Positions 21,795-35,014 of a stretch of 64,000 nt of DNA are shown here, piece by piece. The stretch is from Rhynchopus sp. YZ270_cl-10 (lineage: Eukaryota): assembly GCA_964035575.1 (NCBI GenBank), contig OZ037845.1, positions 496,001-560,000 of the forward strand. The letters run 5' to 3'. The notes below the pieces were generated by a model that saw nothing but the letters and a program-made list of their open reading frames with translations, was not told the DNA's origin and did no database searches. Each line of letters starts with the position of its first letter. Position 1 is the stretch's first letter. Made by a program: the position numbers and the translations under genes.

Positions 21795-23315
21795 TTATAG
21801 AAACGCCGAACCTGGCCGTGACGGTCGTATTGCCGATGCTGTAGAGGGGCGTGCTGTTGTCTTTCGTTTATAGAGGGAACAGGTAGACGAGGCACGTCCA
21901 CCACCACCACCACCACTACCATACGACTTTCCACTGATGAGCGAAGCGTAGTCGGGGGCGACTGTGGTTTTTGCTCGCCCGCAGGCGGACATAGGGCGTG
22001 CGATGCGGTGGCCATTACCCCTGGTGTACACCGCACCACCACCACCCCCCGCAGTCGGTTGCGGCTCAACAATCTCATCCGCAGGCACAGCCGCAGACGG
22101 GACCGCCTCCTCCTTGGCACGCTTCTTATCCCTGCTGTACTGTGCCGCCAGCAGCACCGCGTAGTTTTCATTGTAGTTCTTGAACCGCGAAGGGTCCTGC
22201 GGTGGGTAGGAGAATGCGGTGTGCGACTGCAGGGTCCCCTTGACGAAGCCTGAGTCGACGTCGCCCCAAGGTGTGCGGCGTGTGCCCCCTTGTGTTTCCT
22301 GCGGTGGGCGATTGAAGGCAAGCCCTGCAGGCGGCTGTGCACTGAAGAAGGCTTCGTATGTAGTGCCGCGTGGCACCGTGGTGTTGCTGATCTGCTTAGG
22401 GCGGTACTGTGCTGGGTTGTCAGAGGCGGCGCAGCTGGAGGCCATTGCAGCAGAGCCCACTCCAGTGTCGGTGTCTGCGGCAGGCAGGCCAGAAGGAACG
22501 GAGGAAGGTGGTGGTACCAGACCCCGCATGTTCGCGAGCTTGACCTCGTGAATGCGCTGCTTCATCTTGCTCACGCTCGCCCGGTAGATGTGTTCCGCAG
22601 TGTTGCGCAGGTTGCACGCAGCAAAGCTCTTCGTATAGTCCGTCTTCCCCGCAAAAAGGGAAAAAGGTTGCATCTTCCCAAAAGTGTTTCGAAAGCACTG
22701 CCGATCCGTGTCGCTCGCCCGGGACAGCCAGATTGTCGCAAGCTTGAGGCTGCCTGGTGCAAGGAAGCTGCCACCATGCGCAAGGATCGCGCGGGCACGC
22801 ACCATGCCCTCCTCTGTTGTCGTCAGAGGCTCGCCATTCTGGACAAGCTTCACAGAGCGCACGACGTATTTGAACTCTCGCCGCTGCTTGCGCGTACTGT
22901 AGTTGTTGTACCAATTCTCTACGTCATCCCGTCGGTCGGGGTCGATAAAGGTTTTGTACTTTCCCTGTAAGATGGTTTGATGTCACCACAATGAAACACT
23001 ACGAAACAAACAGGCTCATAGAGACCTTCATCCGAGACAATATTGTTCTAAGCTACGTCTGCAGGAAAGCAAGTGAAGTTGATAGTGCAAACGCCTCTGG
23101 GACGCAGGCACTGACACTCCGCGGGTTATCGAACCCGCGGAAAAGAACAGATCCTACAGGCGATTAGCCATGTTGTCAGATGAATTGTACCTCTTGTCCA
23201 TAAGACTAAAAAAAGGGGGGGTGTATTCGTGTCTGCGCCATACCTGCAAGGTGTGGTACGTCGTGGTCTGGACAACGATATCAGTTGCGACGTTCGTCAT
23301 GTTCAACGTGCCCAT
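21795..23315 (-). CDS. Hypothetical protein (~413 aa); exons 23315-23244 and 22964-21795
   Basis: CAG|GTATGG...CTTACAG|GGA intron (22965-23243) joins MGTLNMTNVATDIVVQTTTYHTLQ to GKYKTFID... in frame. Confidence 0.7.
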
Positions 23316-24017
23316 TGTTGGAGAAAAAAAAGGGGGACACTGCCAATGAATGTGTTCTTCCTGAATTGAATCTAAAGTACATGGTTGGTTTGAGGGTAGA
23401 AGGTGCACGTTTGGAAAAGGCGGTAATGGGGGTCAGTGTGCTGTATTATTTGACTTATTATAAATGTGACCATCGTCTTCTAATGCTCCTCCCTGCACAT
23501 ATGTGTCCTCTCGTTTGTTAGAGAGATAAATGGCGGAAGCATGGAACTGCAGCTATCTTTTAAAAAGCCCCCATGCAGTTGAGCAAAAAAGGACAAAAAA
23601 AAAAAAAGTGAAAAAGGCATATTTTTGTTCCTGACGAAAACAAATACGCCCATCCCCAAAAAAAAGAAAAATATGTGATACGATTCAAGAGACGCGAGCC
23701 TCTGTTTTCCTTGACTATTTTTTTTTAACGCTAATACGGTGGCTAGACTATGAAGGTATTTTTGTTTTTGGTTCGTGTGGCGTTTTTTTTTATTGAGAGT
23801 ACGTAACTCGATACAACTGTTTTTAGAACACAAAAAAATGCCCGCTTTTTTCCCATATTTTACTTTTTTCATCTTTTTTTCCTTTTGTGGTCCCCCCGAG
23901 TTTCCCGATCTTCCTATCAAATAAAATAAAATAAAGAATTGCGCAAGAAAGTAATGTACACAACATCCGTGTTGTTGTTTCCTGCAACCCCGCCCCCAAA
24001 AAAACATAGAACAAATT

Positions 24018-24852
24018 TTAGTTCCGACGACGGCGGCCGATTTGTGCACTGAAACCTCCAGTGATGGACTGCACAGTACGGGACGCGTTGCACTGGTTGC
24101 ATGCAAGCGTTGTCAGTCTCGTGTGGGGATCCTTCACGAGGTTAGTGTCCACTGCTTTGCACATGCCGCAGGTCACGTATGCCTCAATGTACTTACGCAG
24201 AAGACCTTCAATGTGCTTTGGTGTCAGACGACCCTTCAGAATCAGGTTCTGCTGTCCGTCGATGTTTCCAGTGGTTCCCAACTCAGTCAGGATGAAGCTG
24301 AACATATGTTCCTGAGGACGGCCCAGGGACTTGCAGATTTCTGCAAAGTTGGTGAAGGCAACCTTCTTGGTTCCGTCACGCTGCACTGTCGGGGGGCGGA
24401 TCTTCGTCTTCTGGTTCACTCCCAGCGAGGGGTTGTTCGACTTGATCCTGTCCATGACAAGGTGGAGGATCTCGGGGTAGGTGTACTCACGGTCGGTTCC
24501 TTGGAATGCCTCCCAGTTCACCTCACCCTCAACCTTGGTTTCCTCCACCGAACGCTTCTTCTTCGGTTTGCACAGTTTCAAACTCGCGTAGAATTCCTCA
24601 AGTGTTTCGTAGTCAGAGTCCTCGTTGGTTCCTCGTTGTGCCGGCTCGGGTGACTTGGTCGCACGCTGTTGTGATGTGGTGTGACGGTGTGACGTGATGA
24701 TGCGGTGATAATGCCGAACATACCTCCTGGGTCTGTGCACGCGTCGTCTCCTGGTCGCTTCCCTCATCGTCACTGTCGACTTTGCGCTTGACTGTCTTCT
24801 TCTTCTTCTTCTTCTTCTTGCTCAATTCCAATTCTTCGTCGGTGCTGCTCAT
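24018..24852 (-). CDS. EIF2S2: Translation initiation factor eIF2 subunit beta (258 aa); exons 24852-24724 and 24665-24018
   Basis: Poly-Lys box, FTNFAEICKSLGRPQEH, ELGTTGNIDG, C-terminal CxxC...CxxC Zn ribbon. A 58-nt GT-AG intron restores the frame. Confidence 0.93.
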
Positions 24853-26365
24853 CTTGTCTGTTGACCCTTTGATCCTGGAAGGTGGTGTGGTGATCAACGG
24901 GAGTGTAGTTGCGAGATGCACTAAATTACAAAAAAAAAATAAACGAAGCCCAAATCTCTCCTTTTTCCACTCTGAACAACACGTCAGAAGGCATTTGCCC
25001 CTGTATTATAATTTCTCGGCGTGCCTTAGAGTGAGTGTGTAGAATCGTACGAGGAGCGAAAGCTGCACAGAAAACAGTAACGTCATTGAGTGAGGAGTTC
25101 GTAATTTTGGCACATACGATGTAGTGTCACCACATTAAAATTAGTACCAAAGAAGACGTTAAAGACGAATAAAATGCATGAGCTGTCCACAAAGGAACCA
25201 AAATGACTAAAAAAGCACACCAACAAACAACCATTTCTTTTTCCCCCTTCTCTGAGGGCAGGGTTGGGGTTCCGTGTTTAGGGGGGATGGGGGGTCTTTT
25301 ATTTCCTTCCCCCGCTTTTTTTTTTGTTTATTTTTTTTGTCTTTTTTGCAGCCTTTCCCAGACTACAAATCTTTGTTTTCCTCCTTCTATCTTACCCCCT
25401 TTTGTATTTTCTTTTTTTCCTGCTCATTTTACATCATTTTGTGAAGTACTGTTCCTTTCATAAAAACTGGACCCGGAACGTTTTATTTATTGTAAAATGA
25501 CTCCCTTCTTTTAAATATTTACAGAATATTTCTTTGGCGTTCCTATGGAATTTGATTTACTGTTTTTTTCTTATTTTTACTTTTGCACATTCTGCCCATT
25601 CACCTGGACGCGGTGTTGGGAGGGGGGGAAATATGTCTTTTTTTTTCTCTATTCATTCGTAGTCTTTGGGGGTATGGAACAACTTTGATGTGTTTTTGAT
25701 ATTCTGAAACAAAATTAGTTTTTTAAGATGAACCTAAGCTTTTGCTTTGCCACCTTAAAAAACTATTTGAAAAAAAAATTGGGCAGCCATCACTACGATG
25801 GTCTACCATAGAAAGGACTGAAGGGGGGGCACGCTCGTGGATCCGCTTTAGCTAAAAATGGTGATATCTTCTGCAAAAAAAAAGGCGGATTTTGCTTTAG
25901 AGAATGAGGGCGATAGAGTTGGGAGTGCAGGACAAAGGGGAGGGGTACCCAAAAAGCCAAATTTTTCGGATGAGGCCAAAACCGCAAAAAGAGAAAAAAA
26001 AAAAAAAAACATCCTGCATGGTGCAAGAATGTGTGCATCACTTTCTTCGCACCGTTAATCGAGAAAAGGACCCTCAAAAGCTCAGAGGCTCAAGGTTCTA
26101 ATTTCATATTCTCGAAAAGCGGGGGAAGAGAGAAAGAAAAGAATAGAGGCAAACATTCACTCTTTGACATAAAAAAACCCTTGGGTGTTTTCTTAAAGAA
26201 ACCCACACTACCCGCTCGACTCCACACATAACCCTTTTCACATTGTGATACAGCAGCGTTGGTTCCTTTATTTGATCGGTCTTACTCGAACTTTGACCGT
26301 AAGTACGACTAAAATGGGGTGGGGTAAGGGGGCGTGAGGGGGGGGAAAGGGGACGCACATTACGC

Positions 26366-27200
26366 TCAGTTCCGACGACGGCGGCCGATTTGTGCACTGA
26401 AACCTCCAGTGATGGACTGCACAGTACGGGACGCGTTGCACTGGTTGCATGCAAGCGTTGTCAGTCTCGTGTGGGGATCCTTCACGAGGTTAGTATCCAC
26501 TGCTTTGCACATGCCGCAGGTCACGTATGCCTCAATGTACTTACGCAGAAGACCCTCAATGTGCTTTGGTGTCAGACGACCCTTCAGAATCAGGTTCTGC
26601 TGTCCGTCGATGTTTCCAGTGGTTCCCAACTCAGTCAGGATGAAGCTGAACATATGTTCCTGAGGACGGCCCAGGGACTTGCAGATTTCTGCAAAGTTGG
26701 TAAAGGCAACCTTCTTGGTTCCGTCACGCTGCACTGTCGGAGGACGGATCTTCGTCTTCTGGTTCACTCCCAGCGAGGGGTTGTTCGACTTGATTCTGTC
26801 CATGACAAGGTGGAGGATCTCGGGGTAGGTGTACTCACGGTCGGTTCCTTGGAATGCCTCCCAGTTCACCTCACCCTCAACCTTGGTCTCCTCCACCGAA
26901 CGCTTCTTCTTCGGTTTGCACAGTTTCAAACTCGCGTAGAATTCCTCAAGTGTTTCGTAGTCAGAGTCCTCGTTGGTTCCTCGTTGTGCCGGCTCGGGTG
27001 ACTTGGTCGCACGCTGTTGTGATGTGGTGTGACGGTGTGACGTGATGATGCGGTGATAATGCCGAACATACCTCCTGGGTCTGTGCACGCGTCGTCTCCT
27101 GGTCGCTTCCCTCATCGTCACTGTCGACTTTGCGCTTGACTGTCTTCTTCTTCTTCTTCTTCTTCTTGCTCAATTCCAATTCTTCGTCGGTGCTGCTCAT
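26366..27200 (-). CDS. EIF2S2: eIF2 subunit beta, tandem copy (identical protein); exons 27200-27072 and 27013-26366
   Basis: 2348-bp offset duplicate with synonymous differences only; stop TGA versus TAA; unrelated 3' flank. Confidence 0.93.
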
Positions 27201-27489
27201 CTTGTCTGTTGACCCTTTGATCCTGGAAGGTGGTGTGGTGTAGTGTGGTGATCAACGGGAGTGTGGTTGCTAGACTAAATTACAAAGAAAATAAACGAAG
27301 CCCAAACACAGAGAAACTACGGTAGGGAGGATGAGGATGTGCCGGTGCGTGCGCATGTTGATCACAGAATGCATGTAGTCTCCCCCACACCCTTACGTCA
27401 AGGAAGGAATTAGAGCAGCTGGAGAAAGATAGTTTGGTATGCAAAAAATAATAGAAAAGCTACATCGAGTATACTACCTTACGAACCGG

Positions 27490-27648
27490 AACCTGGGGTG
27501 CAGCACAGGAAGGCTTATTACCACAATGGTAAACGCACTGGGCTGCGACGGAATTGGTGTCGACATAAACGATTCGTTTATTTGCGATGCCAATAGACTC
27601 AATGAGAGTCACAGAAGCAAGGTCACCTTGGTGACGTGCTGCATTTTG
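27490..27648 (+). pseudogene. Class I SAM-dependent methyltransferase fragment
   Basis: NLGCSTGRL..MVNALGCDGIGVDINDSFI...KVTLV resembles motif I and the following strand. Antisense to the cluster and not a full gene. Confidence 0.5.
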
Positions 27649-28029
27649 AGCCTTTTTAAAGTAATAAACCTAATTCAAAAAAGGTGTTGCTTTGTGCGAT
27701 ACTACGCAAGAAGTGAAGTTTGGTGGTTCCTCCTTTTTCCACTCTGAACAACAGTACGTCCGAACATTCAGACGCAAGCAAAAAAAAAAACGAATTGTTT
27801 TGTAGGTTAGTTTGTAGGTCAGAAGGTATTTGCTCCTGTATTATAATTTCTTGGCGTGCAAGCCTGAAAGTGAGAAGTGTACAATGGCCTGCGGAGCGAA
27901 AGCTATCGCAAACAGCGTCAGCGACAGGAGTCCGTAATTTTTGGCATCTCTAGACTGGATTCCATAATCCATCTCGTGGTAGCATCACGGCACTGTCCAA
28001 TCGGATAAGAATGGCTCAGCTATGACTTC

Positions 28030-28317
28030 TCAAGGATCATTGCGTGATGAGACATTCGTGACTACTACAAATGTGTTGACATAGGATAGCAAAGCAGATG
28101 TAAAAGAGGTGGTCAGTACGAGACCTTTGAGGATCAACTGTGGCCCATCCATGTTGTATGTGACATCCAACTTAGTCGCAATGTAGTCGGCAACGTCAGA
28201 CGGGTTGCACGCAAGCGCGCTACACACATCAGAGAAGTTCGTAACAGTAAACCTTTTTCCATGTCGAAAAGCCTTCGGGGCTGGTACCTTGACACATGGT
28301 GCAGTACCTTGGTTCAT
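28030..28317 (-). CDS. Short eIF2-beta/eIF5-domain paralog lacking Lys boxes and Zn ribbon (95 aa)
   Basis: KVPAPKAFRHGKRFTVTNFSDVCSALACNPSDVADYIATKLDVTYNMDGPQLILKG aligns with the neighbouring eIF2-beta core. A ctccag acceptor lies 5 nt before the ATG. Confidence 0.6.
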   Translation of the reverse strand: MNQGTAPCVKVPAPKAFRHGKRFTVTNFSDVCSALACNPSDVADYIATKLDVTYNMDGPQLILKGLVLTTSFTSALLSYVNTFVVVTNVSSRNDP

Positions 28318-28663
28318 CCCATCTGGAGTAGGGGGAAATCTTTCTTTTTGGGATGAATACAGAAAGGGAGAGAAATAGAGAAGAGAGAGGTGTACCTTTA
28401 TTTTTGTTAAAATCACCCTTTTTTAGTGCGTGTATTCTCTCTTGAGACGAGAGGCACAACAAAAAAGCAAATGAAGTGTACGAAACCTTTCTAGAAGAGA
28501 AAGAATCAAAAAGAATTCAAAAAGAACGACAGCGTCATTCTTTTTGAGAGAAAACGGAATAATTGTTATAATATCCGTTATGTGTACTGCATTTTCCCCC
28601 AACCCTTTCAAAAGGAGACAAAAACAAGCGAGACTTTCCACATTTCGAACCTCTTTTTTTTTT

Positions 28664-29815
28664 TCAACCAAGGCTCAGCGAACGTACCTCCACCTTCCCA
28701 CCACAGGTGAAGCAGAGTTGCACACAACCCGCGCCCTTGCTGACAAAGACGACGTCACAGCCTGCCTCCCAACCTCCTGCAATGGCACGGGTAGATTCTT
28801 TCTCACACCCAACCACGCCCTCCTCCTCCTCCTCCTCCTCCTTCCCCTTGAGTGCATGCACAGTGACACACCTATCACTCAGAACCGCAAGCCACCCCCC
28901 ACACGGCGACACATCCACCCCCACAATACGTCTGCCAACACACAGTGTCCTGGCCAACACGGCACCTCCTCGCACACCAGGCAGCAGATCCCACACATAC
29001 AGCTCCTCACCTAACCCAGAGGCCACCACTGCGCCCCCCGAGGGGACAAACACAAGACACTGCAGGGATTTGCTGGCAACCTTTGCGACGAGCCGCCCTT
29101 CCTCTCCTGCGTTCCAGACCCTGAGGTGGTTGACACCTGCTGCAGCAACTTGGGTGGTGTGCACAGAGAGACACCGTGTAGCATAGCGTGCCAACCATCT
29201 CAGATACGCACCAGATGAGAGTGCACGGAGGTGCACACCACTCGCCCCGCAGGACACAATCCATGCAGGGGTCACCTTCACCTGATAAGTCGCGGTTGTG
29301 GAGAGCACCCTCCTCTCGGGTCCTGCCACTGCTGCCTGCACCATGCCGTTCACCCCGCATGCCACAACCCAGGCGCCACATGGCGACAACGCAACACCAA
29401 GGCAACACCCCACCTCAACACCGCCCACCACACGGTCTGCACAACCCTCCCTCCGGAGCGTGATGCGCTCACCCCAAAGGTCGCCTGCAGCAAGCACACC
29501 ACCCATGGTGCAAAGGGCTCCCGCATGTGGAGGGTCAAGAAGCGGTGAAGATGGTCCTGCACACAGCCTCCTGTTCGGTGGTGTACGCGGTGTCGCCGTG
29601 CGCCCTCTTGGTGTCTCAGTACGGCGACGCTTTGCCCCCCCACGTGGAGTGTGTGCCAGACGGTTTGGGGGTGAGCGCTGTGTCGGGGTGACCTCCTGTG
29701 GTTTGCACGGTGTAGAGCGTGTCGGTGTATGCGGTGTACAGGGTTTCATTGTGAGACCTGAAATATAATCTGAAGGGGGGGATAGAGAGGGGGTGGCTGT
29801 TTTGTTACATTCCAT
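28664..29815 (-). CDS. WD40-repeat-like protein with a Pro/Thr-rich N-terminus (383 aa)
   Basis: VALSPCGAWVVACG, LRVWN, VFVPSGGAVVASG..LYVWDL, VDVSPCGGWLAV. Confidence 0.7.
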   Translation of the reverse strand: MECNKTATPSLSPPSDYISGLTMKPCTPHTPTRSTPCKPQEVTPTQRSPPNRLAHTPRGGAKRRRTETPRGRTATPRTPPNRRLCAGPSSPLLDPPHAGALCTMGGVLAAGDLWGERITLRREGCADRVVGGVEVGCCLGVALSPCGAWVVACGVNGMVQAAVAGPERRVLSTTATYQVKVTPAWIVSCGASGVHLRALSSGAYLRWLARYATRCLSVHTTQVAAAGVNHLRVWNAGEEGRLVAKVASKSLQCLVFVPSGGAVVASGLGEELYVWDLLPGVRGGAVLARTLCVGRRIVGVDVSPCGGWLAVLSDRCVTVHALKGKEEEEEEEGVVGCEKESTRAIAGGWEAGCDVVFVSKGAGCVQLCFTCGGKVEVRSLSLG

Positions 29816-30030
29816 GGGGAGGTGGTAAAAATGGAGGGAAATTCCTGGGGGGTGGTTAGGGTCTGACTTTTTTGGAAATATTCAACGACGATGAAGCAGA
29901 AGGAGGAAAAGGCGAGGTATGACATGATACACAATCACTCTGCCTTTTTTCTTCAAATATTTGGTATTCGCCTCGGTCACTGTAGCGCTGCTGCTCATTT
30001 TTTTGTTCTTTGGAAAGATGCACGCACATC

Positions 30031-30140
30031 CCACCTGATTTTTACCCCGCGTATAGGCGCGAAAAGGCCCCGTTCAGGCTGCGTAGAGGCCGAAAAGGCC
30101 CGAATCCCGTTTTTTTTTTTTGGGGGGTAAAATCAGGTGG
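30031..30140. mobile_element. 110-bp MITE
   Basis: TIRs ccacctgatttt(t)acccc; 5-bp direct repeat ACATC at 30026-30030 and 30141-30145. Confidence 0.75.
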
Positions 30141-30744
30141 ACATCACAAGAAAAAGAAACAAAATAAAAGAAACGTCTCTGTGCACACACACACACACAC
30201 CCAACAAAAATAAAATGAAAATCTGAGCAGATATGCTTCACTGTGCTTCTTCTAATAAACAGAAATTTCCAAGATGGTCAAAATCTCACTTTTTTTGCTA
30301 AAGTCACCTAAAAATGATGGTTCGTGACAACACTCTTCAATGGGAAGGTTATGAAACCCCTGGAGTATTTCGCGAAACAAAATCCCTTTTTTTGTCTAGA
30401 CCTAGAGAACTTTGTGTCTCCCCTCATAAAAGCCTCTGTTATGTCAGAGGCTGTCAGAGAGCGAGAAAGAGCAAAAGCCCGGGGCTATTTTGATAAAAAG
30501 GTTTAGAAGTAGATCCTCAGGCGTCACTGCGCCTCCTTGATGCTAAGTGAAGTGTGTAAAAGACGGCGGAATCAGTGGTGTAATCCTGTTACCATATGGA
30601 CATGGACTGGCGAGAAATAGTAGGATCGGGGTAGGTAAGTAAGGTTGTTTTCGTTGATTGCACAACCCTCCTGTTTGAGGGATGATTTGGCGACCGTACC
30701 CGGTAATACTATTTCTCCTTTAAAGCAAGCTTCGTAGGAATATA

Positions 30745-30802
30745 CAGGGGCTCCGCTACCGTATAAAGTTCTGTTGCGGCGCAACAGAAGTCTGAAAATT
30801 TT

Positions 30803-30837
<35 letters not shown>

Positions 30838-31242
30838 ATGGTTGAACCACGAGAGTACCATGGGGAACTGGGTTGCTGACCGCACCATCCAGGCTGTACC
30901 TCAATTTTTTTTGCCTGCGGCGCCATTTTTCCTTTTTTGCTCCGCAAAAAATGATTCGATGTGTGACTCTGTGCTGTAAAAAGCTAGATTTTTACACTGT
31001 ACCCTAAATTTTTTTTTCGCCTGCGGCGCCATTTGTTTGATTTTTTTTTTGCTTCGCAAAAAAAAATACAGTTCCCTATGTTCCCAATGTCCCTGGTCAG
31101 CAGTGCTGAAAAATTTTTGGGCACAAAAATAGCTGACCCCCCTATTTTGAAATCTGAATCCCTGGATAAGACACTGGCGCAGGGTGGAAAAAAACCCCGC
31201 AACAGAACTCAAAAAAAATCTGAAAACGTAGCGGAGGGGCTG
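30745..31242. mobile_element. hAT-like MITE (~498 bp)
   Basis: TIRs CAGnnnCTCCGCTAC, sub-terminal gttctgttgcgg inverted repeat, flanking duplication GAATATA. Confidence 0.7.
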
Positions 31243-34200
31243 GAATATATAAAAAAAAAAAAAAAAAATTGACTTGAAATACGCCCTCTCGTGGCAGTGT
31301 ACCAAAAAATAATATAGCACCGCAGCAAAATCCGAGGGTTGAGAGCACTGCAGTGTGAAGCTTTTGCAGGGCAGAGGTGTAGTGCGGTCAAAGACAACAA
31401 AAAAAGGGGGAAAGCTGAAAGTGCAAGCGTCCCACCGTACATCGGCAGACGCAATGACGAACCAATACAAGCATTTGAATAGAATAAAACGAAGGAACTA
31501 CTAAAAATTATGCTTAGTACTCAGTGCTCTTGATGCTCCTTGTAAATAACGCAAAAAAATAGCGCAGAAGGGAAGGGGGGGAAAGGAAAGGAAAAAATAA
31601 AAGAAAAAGACAAGACAACGACAGATGTCCCTCCCACTGCCCCACGCACACCCAATGCTTAGTGATTGTCAAGGCAAGAGCAGAGGGAAAACACATCTCT
31701 CTCTCTCTCTGAACCGACAGTGGGGCCTCACCCTCTCTTAGGGATTTACATGGACGTCCTTACAGGTGGTACACCATGACCCTTCATAGCATGGGGAGAA
31801 GCTCTGGCCTGACATTTATATACCCTGGCCAAGGGTTTAACATGCATTTAGTGGGTGCAGGGACGTGTACCTCCCTGAGGACAAAAAAAAAAACAGAAGA
31901 GTCTCGCATACCTCAAACGAGAGGAAATACAGACAGCCCACTTCATCCCCGTGAAGTGTGGGCAAGACATGGCGTGGCACTTCCTCCAGAAACCCTGTGA
32001 AGGTCGTGGCCTGAGGGGGGGGTGCTGGGGATGGTTAACCGATGGGACAAGGTGGCCACACACTGTGCGGAGTCACACACCCAATCCCTAATGATTGATC
32101 TTCCCAGTACGCATGTTTGAGTTAAAAAAAAAAAATATGTGAGATGAACCTAAGCCTCTCGTGCTTAGTCAACCTACCTAAAGAGAAAAAACAATATTGT
32201 AACATGAACTTTCAGTACTCCAAATATGTTAGCATCCAAAAAAAAGGCAAAAAAAAATCAAACTATTTGGTGTTCGTGATCCCCTTTGCTATTTCGTAGC
32301 ACGCGTGTAGCATTTGTGGTAAATTCACGAATACCAAATATGCCAAACTTACTTGGACACTTCCTGGAGTACGTAGGTGTAAGCATATCGCCTAACGAAA
32401 GTGAAGAAAAGGTTTATAAGATGAGTCTACACCTCTGTGCTTGGTCACCTAAAATAAAGAACACATTTTCCACAAATATACATTCATTATCGCAAAATAA
32501 AATACAGGCAGTGCGATGATGGCGAACAATGATTCCCTCGTGTGACGCTAGATAAAATTTGTCAACCAAAACAAAACAAGAGAAGAACCTTGGTGCGTCT
32601 GGCGAGTAGGCACACTGTTATTCGGTTGTCACATTTTGTGGACAAAAAGCTTCAGCACAAAAAATGGTTTCAAAGTCACACAACAAAATACTAAGATGAT
32701 CAGTAACCAACGAATGCTGCCTGAGTAAAAAAAAAAAGAGATGATGAGTGCAGAACATCGAGCGCAAAGACTGAATAAAAAAAAAAAGAGAAAAAATGGT
32801 TGTTCGAAAGTGAAAAAAATGGGGCAAAGTTTTGTTGAAGAAAGAAGAAGAAGAAAAAGAAGAAAAACTAAACGAACGGACAGTATCGAAAGAGGGGCAA
32901 AAAAAAAAGAGAAAAAAAGAAAGTACCAAACGCCTCTTGCCGGACAACCGACGGACGCAGGCAGGGAGAGAAATAAAAATGTGTCTCACAGGACACCTCC
33001 AAATAGGGAAAATGGTTTGCTGCAGGAACTACACAACTGCTTTTTTTTATCACAAACCCAAAAAGAAAGGAACAAAAGCCTCGGAAGACGACTTTACACA
33101 ACTTTGAACAAAACACACACAAGAACGTTGCAAAACAACCTCTGCGAACATCAGGTACCAAAAAAAATAAATACCTTAGACATCTACGGACGCAGGCACT
33201 GAAAGAAAAGTGAAGTTGATACTACAATACGCCTTTTGGGACGGGCACTGACAAAAGAAAAAGAAATACGAATGCTGCTGAAAATCCTTTTGGAAAACCT
33301 CTCATGTACATGCAGCACATATTACGAGAGTATCCACATGAAATCACGCACCAAGTGATGAAACATCATAGAAGCAGGGGGGCATATGCGGCCGCCCTGT
33401 CTATAAAATAACAGACGCAACGTGTGCGTCTCCTTTCCTATTTACTGTGCAACACATTGATTATATTCAGATACCTTCTTTCCAGAGTAAAGAACGGTGA
33501 AATTGAAAGGTGAAAATAAAAACTGCCCAAAAAAACAACAACTGAACCACATAAGGGCCAGCTGCCTCCTGGTACAATTACCTCAAATTTTCTGAACATC
33601 AAATGCACAAAGCAAAGTGGGAGAGGGAGAAAGATCTTGTAGAGGGGGACCCCAAAAGGGGGCATGCTTTTACATCTCTGCAAAAGAGGGGGGCTTTTAA
33701 AGTGCCGAAAAAAAAGGTACGTTTTTTTGTTTCGAAGGGCCAAGGGGGCTTATAGACAAAACGTACACCAAAAAAAAAAGTATTAAAAAAGATGAGCTGA
33801 CCTCCTGGGCACACACTGCATCGTTTTCCAGAAATCGTTATAAAGAAAATATCGTTAGAATATCACATGGATATGATCCTCTAGCTCCTGTTGGATAAGG
33901 CATTTGGCACGCATTACAAGACAGGTTCCCCGCAAAGCTACATAACCCGTACAGAGTTAGTGCCCTGTGCAGAACGGCTCAGCCCATAGGGCACGTCAGA
34001 TGCAAAATGGAACAGCAAGAAAGAGAAAAACACTGTACTAAGTAAGGCGTCTGCGGCAACAGACCTGAGTGACATCTTCGACCTTATCGGGTCCCAGAGG
34101 GGGGTAGATCGAAGCAACCCAGCCGTGTCCCACTCCACTTCGACAGGAAGCCTCTTGACAGAGAGACCATGCAAGAAGTCTATAACACGATGGCGATGGC

Positions 34201-35014
34201 GGAGCACCTTGCACAGTCGCATCGAAATGAAGGAATGTACCTCGTGTACGCAGATTATAATAAAAAAAGGGAAGTTGAAAGTGCAAACGCCTCACCGTTC
34301 ATCGACGGACGCAGGCACTGATGGCACAAAGGCACGGCAAAAAATGGTAGGCGGTTCTTGGGCCTGAGTTGCGTGGGGGGGGGAAACACCCCAAGTTACT
34401 ATCCAGAAAGAGGCTAAATTTTGGGCACCTTGAGTTGCAAGATGGCGCAGCCAAAGAGAACAGCAATAGAGCAAAGGTTATTTCACAACGTCAAAAGGAA
34501 AAAGGAAAAAGAAGAAGAAGAAAATGAAAGCTGAAAGCGCAAAAATCTCAGTGACGCAGGCACACTGGGCGCTCCGGTGGGTTGTCAAAATACCTGGAGA
34601 TATGTTCTTGTGCACCCTGCAAGGTGTGTTCCTAGACAAACGCTATTTCAAAAAAATTCAAGAAGAACAAAAAGTTATTAGTGCAGACACCTCCGACTGA
34701 CCCACGTACGATGCCAGAGGGGGGGAAAGGAGAAAACTTGATGAACGTGCCGCCCGTCTCGTGCACATACACCAGGGAAAAAATAGTAAGGGTTGCAAAG
34801 TGCTGTGACATCCACACAGACTTCTCTGTACACAAAAAAAACAAAAACAAAATATGAGATGTGAGTATCAACAAACCAGTAGGGTGCCTGTATACAGACA
34901 CACATCTTCGTAAAGATGTACCCCACCCTCGTGAGGTCCAACAGGCATAATAAATAAGACACGTCTGGAGCAAAGCGGCGAAATGTTTTTTTTTTTTTTT
35001 TTTTGTTGTGTCGA

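Noticed and set aside
33938..34222. Possible coding relics (also 21016-21300)
   Set aside because: Short, no recognisable domain, no clear start.
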